Assembly (NCBI GenBank): GCA_002269645.1
Contig: NIVC01000011.1
Span: 124,001-188,000, forward strand
Direction: 5' to 3'
DNA length: 64,000 bases
Source: Macrostomum lignano
Lineage: Eukaryota
The notes under the pieces are model-generated. The model was not told the origin of the DNA, did not search any database, and saw only the letters and a list, made by a program, of their open reading frames with translations. Below are positions 21,734-34,519 of this stretch, piece by piece (the first letter of the stretch is position 1; every line of letters begins with the position of its first letter). Position numbers and translations under genes: made by a program.

Positions 21734-24700
21734 ATGCTGCTAAAATTTCTGTCAATTAGTTTTTTTATTGGATACTTTATTGATACTGGCGACTGGTTTT
21801 AGGATAAATATAATTGAACAAAAATTTTCAACAATAAGCAACTCAACTGGAAGAGTATACCGTTGAACTTTGTTATCGAGCAACTGCCGAATAAAAATGA
21901 TTTAAAACTAGCAATCAGCCTTTGGTGCAGCAGTCAAAATTCGGCCGGTCGTATTGTACTGCAAAGCAATTAATCTGCCATTTTTGTTGCGCGACGAAAC
22001 ATTCTGTGAGACGGAGTTTCCTGTGAAGATACGGACCACCGATTCTGAATGGTTTAAGTCGGATAACCAAACCAAGTATAGTTTGAGACTTTCTATATAC
22101 AGAGAATCCAGAAATCAAGCAAGCTTGAACTTTAAGGACACGTTCCGAAAAAGTTTGAGACTGAAATTTTTCTTCATTAGCACCGAGTGGAGCCTGGAAA
22201 CCAACAGCCTGTACCTGTGGAATTGGGAATCTGCGTTTAGCAGCGCAAACGTGAGGCCAACCCATCCTCAGCACCAGACTAATAGATACTTTTTGACTGA
22301 CGCAGCAATCAACTTGATAATGAACTCTGAATGGCCAAGATCGGGCAACTCTTTCGAATCAATTCAGTTTATAGAGCCAAGCTTAGTACATCGGATCAAC
22401 CATACAACAGAGTACGTTCGAAACTATATAAACATCGAGGCTATCATGCTACTGGGATTTGGAATTGCATCTGAATGTTGGACTTCTCGTCCCGAGTACA
22501 CAACTGTGTACGCATCTCGCAAGGCTGGCACTCTTGAGCAGCATTCGATTTCATGCTCAAAGTTTGTTATTTGGACAGGGAAACAGGAAAGCTGACATTC
22601 TCGCGGCATGGACTTAGCCGTGCGCTGGTTCGCTTCAACGAGCTCAATCGCAAGCAGCTTGTGTGGCGCGAAAAAAAGGAGTTCTATGATAATTACATCC
22701 TGAGGATTTGCGCTGGTATTCAGCTACAACATAATATGCGACCAGTTACCGAATACCGAAGTGTGCTCACGGTAAAGAATCCGAATTTGGGCTATAAGGT
22801 ACTCGGAGTAGACACGCATGAATGCGAGATTGTCGGTTCGAGTACGAAACGAGTAACTTTTTTCTCCGATTCCGGAATCAACCAACTATAGTATGCCCGA
22901 TTGTCTGCTTCAACTCGGGAGCAATTCGTTTTTAGCAGAGGCGACGTAATTTTTTTTATTAGAGGCAGGGGGGTTGTGTGCACCCTGGCGCACTTTAAGC
23001 GACATAGGCACACAACCGGCGAGAGGCATTACTGCCCATTCCGCCGACTCCCCTGAGCAGGCATACAAGCGCGCGGATACGTACGCAGGCACACAATCAC
23101 ACAGGAGTGTACAGCGGCCCTAACTTTATATTATCGTTAGGCATGTACACTTCACTGCGCCTTGGGGGTTGGCTCTCAAGGCCGTTAATTGCACGAGCAG
23201 AGCCAAGCCGAGATTCCAATTCAGCCCCAAATTAATGTGACTGCATTTGGAATCGAGCCTGGGTCGCTGGCACACCAGAGCAGCTGCGCTACCGCTGGGC
23301 TACGGCCCCCCTGAGGCGACGTAATACTTAGACCGAACTCATATCGCGAACTCAACTTAGCGATACAAAACGGGCTACATCAATGACAATGTTTTTGCTT
23401 ACAAAACAAGCAACGTCATAGAAATCCGAGGCGCCCTAACCCACGAAGATGCAGGTCAGTACCAGTGCTCGGCTGGAGGAAAAAAAGTCACCTTTGAAGT
23501 AAGCGTCGTTTTAATGCCACGGTTTACCGAGAAACTGCTTACTGGCGAAAAGATGAATGGTGAGCTGCCCGAAAGAGTCTACGCTATGGAAGGTGAAGGC
23601 TACTACATTAGCTGCACCGTTTTCTATTCAGGATTACATCGTTCTATAACGCTGGAGCCAGAGTTTTATCTAAGATTGCACGGTTCTATCAGGGGCATCA
23701 ACAACTGGACAAAAAGTACTTTTGGAGAGTTTAAAACCAAAGTTAAGACAGCCGAAGCTGAAATAGACACAAGACACAATAGCAAAACAATCACTCTGAC
23801 TGTTGGCCGTATTCCCAAAGTTTGTAGTCCGCAACGCAATTTATTTAATCATCGATATTTGTGCAACGCAGCTGCTTCCTCAGAAGATGCACGTCGCTAC
23901 GGCTTGATGGACTATTCGACGCAGAGTGCTGCAGATGTATATTATCTAGCAAGACCTCGACTAAATGACTTTGATATCACTGTGAGCTACTGCTGTCTGA
24001 GACACTGTCCAACAAGAAATTATTTTGGCGCAAATTGTACCATAACGGTTTCATTGACGCAGGGTGTGCTTAGCTTCTTGAAAACTATCGGACTGATCGT
24101 TGAGACAGGGCTGCTATCATCGCAGCCGGAGTTGACTGATGTCATCTTGAAGCCCTCCAGGATAACTATCACGATTGGAAACCCCGGCTTGCTTAAGTCA
24201 GAGCAGCAGAGGAGAAGTCTACTAGCGGTCGCTCCGATTTTTCGCTATAAGAACGGCAATTCAATAGTCAGTTTGAGTTCGTTTCGAATGATTCGTAGCA
24301 ACGAATCGAACAGCAGCGATGACAGAAAGTGCCTTGCTAACCCAGCGTGCCTATATTCAACTCGGTTTGAGAAAACCCTGGCCAGCCAGCTTACTCTTGC
24401 CGAAATTATTATCTTTAAGGCCAAGACTGCTTCGTTGACTGTACCTTCATGGATCAGTAGTGGTCTGCTCAACCGACAACTGTGGCTCCAGTAAATTTTT
24501 CAAAGGAATCGGTTCGTTCTTTAACAACTAGAACTAATAAAAACATGCGGGAAAAATTAGCAACAAAAACAACAGCTGAGGCAGGAGCAACAAATACGCC
24601 TCCGACAGCAATAGAAGCGAGAACAACGAAGACGCCAAGATCGACAGTAGAACCAAGAACGACAGAGACACCAACAACAACCGAAACAAGAACAACAAAG

Positions 24701-24863
24701 ACACCAAAAACAGCTAAAACAAGAACAAAAAGGACTCCAACAACAACCGAAATCAGAGCAACAAAGACACCACCACGATCGACAACAGTAGAAACAAGAA
24801 CAGAAACACTATCGACAGCCAAAGCAAAAAATGCAGCAAAGACAATAGGGAATACAACAAAAG
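21734..24863 (+). pseudogene. Degraded secreted/cell-surface Ig-domain protein with Thr-rich mucin-like stalk
   Basis: Signal-like MLLKFLSISFLLDTLLILATG at 21734. Ig-type motifs WCSSQNSAGR and EDAGQYQCSA (~23445-23470). TTKTP/TTETP repeats at 24570-24860. Donor AG|GTAAGT at 24864. Several frameshifts, an in-frame TAG at 22889 and a SINE insertion. Confidence 0.6.
22951..23312 (-). mobile_element. Full-length tRNA-derived SINE (~360 bp) with 13-bp TSD
   Basis: Head GGGGGGCCGTAGCCCAGCGGTAGCGC...GGCTCGATTCC; A-rich tail at 22951-22960; TSD GAGGCGACGTAAT at 22938-22950 and 23313-23325. Confidence 0.9.
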
Positions 24864-25630
24864 GTAAGTACTAATAAAAATGCCTAGTAAACCGATTCAT
24901 GAATCTGTAAGTTCCTATGCCAGCTTTATGTAAAAAACACTTTCAGAATCATCCGAACTTCCAAAATAATTCGGCGACTAAATCGAGACCATTCAAGTAT
25001 GTGCCAGTACTTCTGGCCGCTTTCCTGCTGATGCCTGCGGTTATCATTTAGAGCGCTATAAGTATTTGTTTGTCCTCGGTCACGGCGTACCTGATGTTTC
25101 GAACTGATTAAGTAAAACAAGCTGTTTTCCCCAACTGCTTTGTTCTAAAAAGTAAAAGTAGAGTACTGGCTGCATTAAAACAATATCCAGCAGTAGTTAT
25201 AACTTCAACAAGCGCAGGTCACTGTGAAACCCAAATACGCTCTTTTATTTTTAGGCATAAAAACATATAAATTTCAAGCTCCAATTAAGATTTCTTTGAA
25301 CGCTCTCCGCAAATCAAACAGTAAAATCACTACTAAAAGCTAAAAAATACGATTGGCGTTTTAACGGATCAGTAAAAAAAATTAATTGGATTTTTCTAAG
25401 TTAAACTTATAGCTGTTTGTGATTTACGCACTACGCTGGTAAAATTGAAATAAAATAGATGTAATCTGATCACACAGTTTCTACTTGTACACTGTTTCGC
25501 CCCTTTGTACACTAGTCATGTGGGTTAAACAAGCCATACTTACCATACACCGCATTACCACTTATTAACTCGTAATTACATGCAACTTTCAATTATAGTC
25601 CGATTCCAAGCAGTTTGAATCGCTGTTGAG

Positions 25631-27398
25631 CTAAATAGGAGCCGCGATACCGCGGAATTGCTGCTTAGCCGCGGCGGCGGAGCCCATCTCAAGGGTCACG
25701 AGTACGGCTCGCACCTTAAACGGCTCTCCGGCAGCTTCGGCAGCCGCGTTGGCAGCCGCTGGCAGCAATAGTAGATCCTCAGGCCCATCGGCAGACTGCG
25801 GGCCATCATCGCTCGGTCGAGAAGACGAGTCCATTTCAACTCGGACAGGCGGCAGAGAGCGGTCCCTGGGCAGCAGAAACACTGCCGCCCGGTAGCCGCA
25901 GCGCGATTCGCTCGGCCAGGCGCGCCGCATCGCCTCGGACACTCCGGCCGGGGACACGGGCGGCTCGGACTCCGGCCATGGATGCAGCAGCAAGCAAATC
26001 GGACGGCCGATATTTTCGGCCATGCTGATGGCGTTTACTACGGCATTTATGCCGGTCTTGCTTGCGCCGTGCTTGATTAGATCTAATTCGCGACAGCTCA
26101 GGTTGCTGCCGGAGCTGACTGAGCAGCGATTGTCGGCCAGGCATCCAAATATGCTCACCATGGCCAGAAGCTCGTCGATCTAATGAGAGCGGAGCAGCAG
26201 AGCGCCACGTTTTCTACTTCAAAAGTTAAAGCAAGAAGAGCCACAGGTGGTGATATTGTGCCCCTAGTGTTGTACGAGCTATAGAGCTCAAGGCATATGG
26301 GCTGAAGTATGTAAGAATAGTCTAAGCCTCTAAGGATGATATTCAGAATCTGGATTGAGATTAGTATAAGAAATCTGTAGGAGAGTGAGATTAAGAATCT
26401 GGGAAAGATGTTTGAGAATCCAGGAGTGAGACCAGGATTCAAAGAGTCAGATTGAGAATCCAGAAGTGAGACCAGGATTCTACGAGTTAGATTGAGAATC
26501 CAGGAGTGACACCAGGACAAAAGTCAGATTGAGAATCCAGGAGTGAGACCAGGACTCTAAGAGTCAGATTAAGAATCTGGCAAGCGATATTGACAATCAG
26601 GCAAGTGAGATTGACAATCCGGCTAGTGAGATTGACAATCCGGCAAGTGAGATTGACAATCCGGCTAGTGAGATTGACAATCCGGCAAGTGAGATTGACA
26701 ATCCGGCAAGTGAGATTGACAATCCGGCAAGTGAGATTGACAATCCGGCAAGTGAGATTGACAATCCGGCTAGTGAGATTGACAATCCGGCAAGTGAGAT
26801 TGACAATCCGGCAAGTGAGATTGACAATCCGGCAAGTGAGATTGACAATCCGGCAAGTGAGATTGACAATCCGGCAAGTGAGATTGACAATCCGGCAAGT
26901 GAGATTGACAATCCGGCAAGTGAGATTGACAATCCGGCTAGTGAGATTGACAATCCGGCAAGTGAGATTGACAATCCGGCAAGTGAGATTGACAATCCGG
27001 CAAGTGAGATTGACAATCCGGCTAGTGAGATTGACAATCCGGCAAGTGAGATTGACAATCCGGCAAGTGAGATTGACAATCCGGCAAGTGAGATTGACAA
27101 TCTGGCCAGTGAGATTGACAATCCGGCAAGTGAGATTGAGAACTCGGGAGTGAGACGAATAATTAGACTACCCGCAGAGAAACGCTTGAAAAATGAAGAC
27201 AATGGAACTTCTCCTAACCTGCGAGCCATTCAGCGAGCACTTCGACAACTCCCCTTGGATGAGGCACCCATGGCTCAGCTTCAGCGGCAGCAGGCCGCAC
27301 TCTTGCACGGCTGTCTGCAGCCAGTCCAGCGAATGGGCCGACTGTAGCGGCACTTGAACTTGAAGGCTCGACCAAAGCGTTTCAGTTGATTGTCGCAT
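25631..27398 (-). CDS. Unidentified two-exon gene, ~242 aa (exons 27398-27219 and 26179-25631)
   Basis: ATG at 27398, phase-0 donor CAG|GTTAGG, acceptor CTCTCATTAG|ATC. The joined frame is open to a stop at 25631 and has GC-rich, coding-like composition. No motif recognised. Confidence 0.5.
26340..26589. repeat. Degenerate tandem repeats (GAGAATCCAGGAGTGAGACCAGGA-like) grading into the 21-bp array
   Basis: Recurrent GATTGAGAATCC and GTGAGACCAGGA motifs. Confidence 0.7.
26590..27140. repeat. 21-bp minisatellite (~26 copies)
   Basis: Unit GTGAGATTGACAATCCGGCAA, containing the near-palindrome GATTGACAATC. Confidence 0.97.
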
Positions 27399-29661
27399 CG
27401 CGTTTCGTTCTCAGTTTAATTTTCTTATTTCTATGTTGCGAAATTGTCAGTAAACAAGACGAGAAACGCGTTCTCTTTAAGTTGATTCTGGCAAACACGG
27501 GGACAGTTAGTTTTGTCACGCAAAGCCTGCCTTGCCTGTTCGAGGTCTTATCTTATGCGAGGGGGTGGTGGGCGCACGCGTAGGGATAGAGGGGTAAAAG
27601 TTAGTACGCTAATATACTGCAGCGATAAGGCTAATGTACATTGCAGCGGTAATGTACATTGCAGCGCTAGATTAGATGAACACACTTGGATTGGCGGCGG
27701 GGAGGGGGTTAAGAGAATGAAGTTGACTTGGCCGTTGAAACGGAGACGTTTAAGCTGTAAGCCCTGTTCTGTCTGCCGTTTTTTGTCGCACTTTAATTAA
27801 TTAAACCAGTCTTTTATGCTTAGCTTATTTTGCGTATTGCGTGTTTACATTGCATTTTTCGTTCTCTGGATTGCACGAACCTCGGTCGGAACGGAACGGT
27901 TCTTGTGACATTTTCGTTTGCCTGTAGACAGACACAGCTGCAGCAGTGTAAAAGCAAAGGCTATATAAAGAATGCAGTAATTAAGATCGGAATAAATGCG
28001 TTGTGATTTGCTTAGCTCTAGCAGATTAACTTGTTCAAATTTAGCAACATATTTACACTTGTTCAGATGATAATGATATAGGTAATTTGTTTAAAATACA
28101 ATATACCTGCGGTAATTGATAAGTAAGACGATTTTAGTCCAGGGCCACGGGCGGAAAAGTCCCGCTAAAAAACCAGTTCAAACTAGTTTCAAACCAGATT
28201 CGCAATTTTTCTTTGCAAACAAACATGTTCTAATTTTTTATTGGCCCTGACACAAGTCAGAGCAGCAACCATATAACCAGTGACTTCAGATAAGGCTACA
28301 GGCAAAAAATGGATTAGCTAATCCGTTATATGGCGCACGCAAGGCAGTAAATATGACAATCTTATATAGCACGCAACCTTACAAAAGGGTTTTCGAATTT
28401 AAATAAGAAATAGATCGGTCTTGACTGGCTCTTACAGCGTCATTTTTCTATCGGCAAGTGTTGACTAAACAAAAGCTGCAGTCCATTCCATTTCTATCTT
28501 ACGTGTTTGTGAAATATCCAGAAATGTTGGGCTAGTTCTAAGAATTCCGTAAATAAAATCGATTTTTTCTACTGGCAGTAGTCTCATTTAAACATTCGAG
28601 AAATATGTAGAAAATGCACGCAAATTAGCAGGAATTTTTTTTTACAATTTGCGTTTAATTAAACCTTCGTTTTTTCAAGCGCAGTATTCTGCTGACAGAT
28701 AAGTGTACAGATAAGCACTCGGTGTTTATACACTGCTATAATTTCGTTCCAATTTTCCGTATTACGTACGTTACGGGCAGTTAGGAGTACCTCTTTATAA
28801 GGAAAATGCAAAAGAAGTTCAAATGTACTACTCTGCTCTCCCAGACAGCCATAAAAGGCTAACTTTTTGTGTAGAGTTCTTCAACTATTTTTCTCTGCAT
28901 TTCGGCAACAAGGAAAGAAATTGGTCATGCTGTCAAAACCATGCTGTCAAAAAAGCAAACCACAGAAGCTGCTTATAATTTTAACAGAATTAAAACAACG
29001 ATAAACATGAAAAAGACAATCGATTTAGCTCAATCAATTTTATATTTTGTACAGAAAATTTTACAACTGATCTTTTGAAAATTGTAATAAAAATTGTAAA
29101 TTGAATTAGATAGAGTTAAGCTAAAATTTAATCAGTTAAAAACGCACCACAATAGCATTGTCGATGATGAATTAACAATCGCTTGTCAAGAAAAACAATA
29201 TTAAAAGATTAAAAACTCAACGTGAACCTACTGGAATATTGAAATAAAATATTGTCAAACATACTAAAGACAAAAAGCTGCACACATGACAATTCCGTCA
29301 GATATAATGGAGTCATACAATAGAATCAAAATGATCAATTAGTATTTATTAGCTGATTATAATGTAACAATATACATGTATATAGTACAGGAATGGTACA
29401 AAAGCACCAACCAAAACTTACACTTTAACACGATTCAAAAACTGTTTTTGACTTAGTCGCACATTGTAAAAATCGTCGTTGTCGAAACAGATGCCAAAAA
29501 ACTGCTTGTTAATGTTATAGTTAATAAACAATTATATAATATATAAAATTTTGAAGAATATTTACACTAAAACGACATGTTTAATTGTTTCAATATCGAG
29601 TATAGGCCTAAATAAGTTGGGATAAGATCTTACAAAGTCCCGCGTCAGTTGCTTAAAACAA

Positions 29662-29745
29662 TCAGTCCGTGGTGACTCCAATGTAACCATCCTGTTCGCG
29701 TCTGACGGTGCAGCACAGTGACACAGCAAATATCATGCACAGCAG
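29662..29745 (-). CDS. Tetraspanin exon 5 (end of TM4 and C-tail)
   Basis: TTGCAG|CTG acceptor; LLCMIFAVSLCCTVRREQDGYIGVTTD*. Confidence 0.88.
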   Translation of the reverse strand: MLCMIFAVSLCCTVRREQDGYIGVTTD

Positions 29746-29843
29746 CTGCAATTAATACGAAGCAGTCAAGTAACCCGATAAGTTTCATTGTATAATTATT
29801 ATTATTTAATAATTCACGCATATATTAGTCATAAACCACTTAC

Positions 29844-29927
29844 CTCAATAACGGCAACGCCCAGAATCACTATCAGAGCCCACAGTCCATTTACCTCAAT
29901 AAAGGAATACAATTTGGACGCACAGCC
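29844..29927 (-). CDS. Tetraspanin exon 4
   Basis: CTGCAG|GGC ... GAG|GTAAGT; GCASKLYSFIEVNGLWALIVILGVAVIE. Confidence 0.88.
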
Positions 29928-30036
29928 CTGCAGAATAAGAGAAAAGTTTGCGCTGATTTTTGTTGAACATACACACCTGGTTATTCGGTACGCGAAAATG
30001 ACATTTTGTGGGTGGTCTAGCGCGGCGCTCAAGGAC

Positions 30037-30290
30037 CTTATATATATTAACGCCTTCAAGGACCAACTCCCAAGACCCAGTGAAGTGTACATGCCTAACG
30101 ATAAATAAAGTCAGGGCCGCTGTACACTCCTGTGTGACTGTGTGCCTGTGCGTATGGCTGCGTACGTATCCGCGCGCTTGTGTGCCTGCATGCTTAGGGG
30201 AGTCGGCGGAATGGGCAGCAATGCCTCTCGCCGGTTGTGTGACAATGTCGCCTAAAGTGCGCACAGCACCCTGTCTGTAATAACTAACTA
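30037..30290 (+). mobile_element. 5'-truncated copy of the SINE at 22951-23312, opposite orientation, intronic
   Basis: CAGTGAAGTGTACATGCCTAACGATAA...GGGGAGTCGGCGGAATGGGCAG...GTCGCCTAAAGTGCGC matches the reverse complement of ~22970-23190. Confidence 0.85.
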
Positions 30291-30294
30291 AAAA

Positions 30295-30881
30295 CCCATG
30301 GAACTTGACGCTTCTGAAACATCACTAACCCATGGAACTGGACGCTTCTGAAACATCCCTATCCCATGGAACTGGACGCTTCTGAAACATCATTAACCCA
30401 TGAAAATGGACGCTTCTGAAACATCCCTAACCCATGGAAATGGATGCTTCTGAAACATCACTAACCCATGGAAATGGACGCTTCTGAAACATCCCTATCC
30501 CATGGAACTGGACGCTTCTGAAACATCATTAACCCATGAAAATGGACGCTTCTGAAACATCCCTAACCCATGGAAATGGATGCTTCTGAAACATCACTAA
30601 CCCATGGAAATGGACGCTTCTGAAACATCCCTAACCCATGGAAATGGATGCTTCTGAAACATCCCTAACCCATGGAAATGGATGCTTCTGAAACATCCCT
30701 AACCCATGGAAATGGATGCTTCTGAAACATCCCTAACCCATGGAAATGGACGCTTCTGAAACATCACTAACCCATGGAACTGGACGCTTCTGAAACATCA
30801 CTAACCCATGGAAATGGATGCTTCTGAAACATTACTAACCCATGGAAATGGACGCTTCTGAAACGTCCCTAACCCATGGAA
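30295..30881. repeat. 34-bp minisatellite (~17 copies)
   Basis: Unit CCCATGGAAATGGACGCTTCTGAAACATCCCTAA. Confidence 0.97.
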
Positions 30882-30978
30882 CATACGAGTAATTAACCAG
30901 TATGACTTAAAAGCAACAACTAAAAATACTTGTCAAATCTGTCACTGTTTAAGTAACTATGAGCCGGCAGTCACGCAC

Positions 30979-31164
30979 CTCAGTAAACTGTTCTCCATCG
31001 GGGGCAGTGCAAACAGCCTTAGCCATGTCTTTGCTGTAGTCTTCTGTGCCATTGGCTCCACAGCAGCGCAGCCACTGCTGAGTGAATCGAATGTACTCGG
31101 GCAAAGTGGTCTCGTTTTTGTTCCGAATACCGTTCTTCAAGCTGTTGTTGATTGTAGAGTAGAC
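30979..31164 (-). CDS. Tetraspanin exon 3 (large extracellular loop)
   Basis: CTGCAG|GTC ... GAG|GTGCGT; WLRCCGANG carries the CCG motif. Confidence 0.9.
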
Positions 31165-31229
31165 CTGCAGGTAACGCGTGGAGTTGTGATTCTTTGCATT
31201 GGTTAGTTGAATAATCTGTCTGGTTATTT

Positions 31230-31450
31230 AGTCAGAGTTGCTACCCTCTCAGATGATTCAGTGAGAGTTGCTACCCTCTCAGATGATTCAGTAAGAGTTG
31301 CTACCCTCTCAGATGATTCAGTGAGAGTTGCTACCCTCTCAGATGATTCAGTGAGAGTTGCTACCCTCTCAGATGATTCAGAGAGAGTTGCTACCCTCTA
31401 TGATCATTTAGAGAAAGATGCTAATCTCTCAGGTGATTTAGTGAGAGTTG
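31230..31450. repeat. 30-bp minisatellite (~6-7 copies, decaying)
   Basis: Unit GTGAGAGTTGCTACCCTCTCAGATGATTCA. Confidence 0.9.
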
Positions 31451-31603
31451 TTTTTCTGCCTCCGAATTCAAATTTTTAAATAAGTTACACTAGTAAACGG
31501 CAGTAGCAACCATGCTTAAATTTTATAACAGTAATGAGTAAATAATAATTCTAAAAGCAAACGCTCAAGAATATAATATTATAACAAAATATAAACTGCT
31601 CAC

Positions 31604-31885
31604 GGTTGGATCGGTGCGCTTCAAATACAGGAAGATTCCACCGCCAATTTCCACAATGCATACCAGAATGACAAAGGTGCAGAATGCACCCAATAGACAG
31701 GTAGATTCATGAAATGCGCCACAGCAGCCAAACCCAGCAGCCAATGCTGTGATAGCACCAATCGCCATAGCAACAAACAGGGCAATGTCCATTTCCATTT
31801 GCAAGCCAGTGCTAGCTTTGATGTTGCGCATGGTTGTGTCAAAGTAGAGAAAAAGTGATCCAGCAAGGATGGCCAGTCCAATTAA
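31604..31885 (-). CDS. Tetraspanin exon 2 (TM1 end to TM3)
   Basis: CATTTAG|TTA ... ACC|GTGAGC; AGFGCCGAFHESTCLLGAF is the tetraspanin signature. Confidence 0.93.
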
Positions 31886-34456
31886 CTAAATGAAAGAAGG
31901 AAATGCAAAAAGGGTTAAATCCAGTACCATGTTATGCATTTGAAAATGCAGAAAAAATATTTTTAATTACAAAGCATATTGATAAAACTAGAAATGATTT
32001 TTATTAGAAAAGAAAAAAATATAATCATAAAGGTTCCATCTAAGCTATGGCAATATCTATAGTTCAAAATAAAAAAATTATATCTTTTTGCTTTTTTTCA
32101 CTTTTTTAGGCTAACAACATTTAATGTATGTTTAAAAAATTCAATATTTAAAAAAGAGCTTATTTAGTGTTGTGTCAACTATAAAAGTAGAAACCATTTT
32201 TATAAAACTCACCTGCAAAGTTGAATGACCTTTTCATGAGAAATTTTTATAGACATTTTAGGAAATTTAGCTTAGACAAGGTTTCTATTCTGGCAAGTAC
32301 TATTATACAATCTGTACCCTAGCATAAAAATAGATTGGTGACTCTAATTTTTAACAATGAAGAGTATATTGACTATATAATTTATATCAAATGAGATGTT
32401 TATGTAGATAGCATAAAATATATTTTATATGTAGATATGAGATAGATATATTATTTTAAATATGATAATGCTACAGATAATAATCAGTTGAATAAAAAAT
32501 GTCAAGCCTAAGACTAATATCCTAATGCTTAACACAATTTTAACTCTATTAGGTAGGCTTAAAATGTATAATTAAGCCTAAGTTGCTTTTATGCTAGAAT
32601 TTGCTATTATACAAATAAAGATATCCATATATACTGGATTCTAGATAGTATATATATAGACCAAAAATTCTAGTATACAAAGGGACTTACAGTACATCAT
32701 TGGCATATAACTTGGCATGCAGAGGGGCCTAGTGTGCCCTCTTGGCATATAACTTAGCATACAAAGATCACTAAGATAGGCCTAGCAAGTGGGACCAAGT
32801 TCCAACCAATTATGCAATTAGCATACAAAAATGACCAAGTTTAAGCTTTGTATAGTCACCACATGCATAGTTGGAATAGCTAAAAATTTGACCAAGAATG
32901 TCTCCTAACTTAATATCTAAGTCATAAAAATTACTAGAAAAATAAATTTAAAAGTGTTCAACTTTATTAAAAATTTAAAAGTAAAACAAAAACTATTATA
33001 GGCCTAATAAACTGGTATTTTTAGGGTTCAATAAAATGTTAACCAGTATATCAAAGCTATTTTTGTAAAAATTCTTTTTAAAATATAATATTAAAAACAT
33101 TTTCATTTTAAACAAATTTAAATTATACCTACAAAAAATGATGCAAAATTGATGCTCTTAGTCTTAGCAATCTAAATATACTAAATCTAAATCTCTAAGG
33201 TTTGTATGCTTGCTTGTCCATAATATTTGATACTAATTTTATTTATTGTTAATTTCAAAGAAGCAAAAGTTTTATCACAGACTTTTTAGACTATACAAAT
33301 TTTCTTTTACTTTAGAGTAATAAATAAAAACATTAATTTACATTACAATTTTCATGCACAACATGAATTTATTCATCAAAATTTTTATGCCAAAAAGTAT
33401 GCATTGTTGTTACTTGTGTAGGCCTATGCCAATAGTGTATGCCAACAAAGTGCGCCAGGGATTGTGTATACTGGTTGTGTATACCAAGGACTTAGGGTTG
33501 CCATTTTGTATGCTAGAAAGGTTCCAGCGTACATGCATACTAGCCGCAACCTGGGCATACACTGGCTAAGAAAGTAAATTTATACCAGCCGCAACCTAGG
33601 CATATACCCCTATTGCAGCGCATGGCTTAAGTACGCCAGACGCCTACACAACCTGCGCCACGCTGTGAAATGACTTACCTGTGAAAGAAACCCTAAAGCA
33701 AAATTAACGCAGTTTTGGGTAAACGGCAGGAGTAACTATGACTGTCTTATCCAGCCTAAATGCCTCGGCATCTAATTAGTACTACGCCCGTATTCAATGG
33801 GGTGGCATTTTTGCGACTTACCCCTGGTCCACCACCAATGCTGCGCCGCGCAGGCTGATCCGCGCCGGACGCCGTCCGCCAAAATGCCCATGCGCTGCAA
33901 TCAGGGCATATACTGGCTAAGAAAGTGAATTTATACTAGCTGCAACCTAGGCATACACTAGCTAAGAAAGTAAATTTTATTCTGGTATATACCAGTACAC
34001 AATCCTAAAACTGGTATATACAATATAGGCCTAAAAAATTAACAATTTGGCAATATATTCTTAATAATAATAGTAAATTTGGATTAGACTTGAATAAACA
34101 TAGACCTAGGCCTTGCCCCTATGTGTGGCTAGATAAAAAATGATATAAATAAAAGTAAATGCATTGCATATTAGATAGGCCTATTATCCTCAATCAACTA
34201 TGCCTTAAGCCTAGTGCCTAGCCCATTATGATGGTTTATAACAATAGGGCCTATAATTATTCAATACATAGGCCTATCATTGTCAAAAGCTAGGTTTTTC
34301 AACCACACATATTATACACTTCTAAATATGAACATTAATAGGCCTAGCCTAGAAAAGTGTTATATGAAATATTAATTTACAAAAACAGATAGGCCTAATA
34401 TAAAATTTTAATGGCCAATGGACAAGGCAACATAGGGGCCTAATCTTACCACTTAC

Positions 34457-34519
34457 CAGAAATAGTACATTAATAATAATTAGCACAATACGTAAGCATT
34501 GAGCACACCCTTTAGCCAT
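34457..34519 (-). CDS. Tetraspanin first coding exon
   Basis: ATG at 34519; MAKGCAQCLRIVLIIINVLFL|GTAAGT. The five phase-0 exons total 699 nt, or 232 aa. Confidence 0.85.

Noticed and set aside
26590-27140. CRISPR-like appearance of regularly spaced, partly palindromic repeats (also 30295-30881 and 46325-47350)
   Set aside because: The units are directly adjacent with no unique spacers, there are no cas genes, and the context is eukaryotic.
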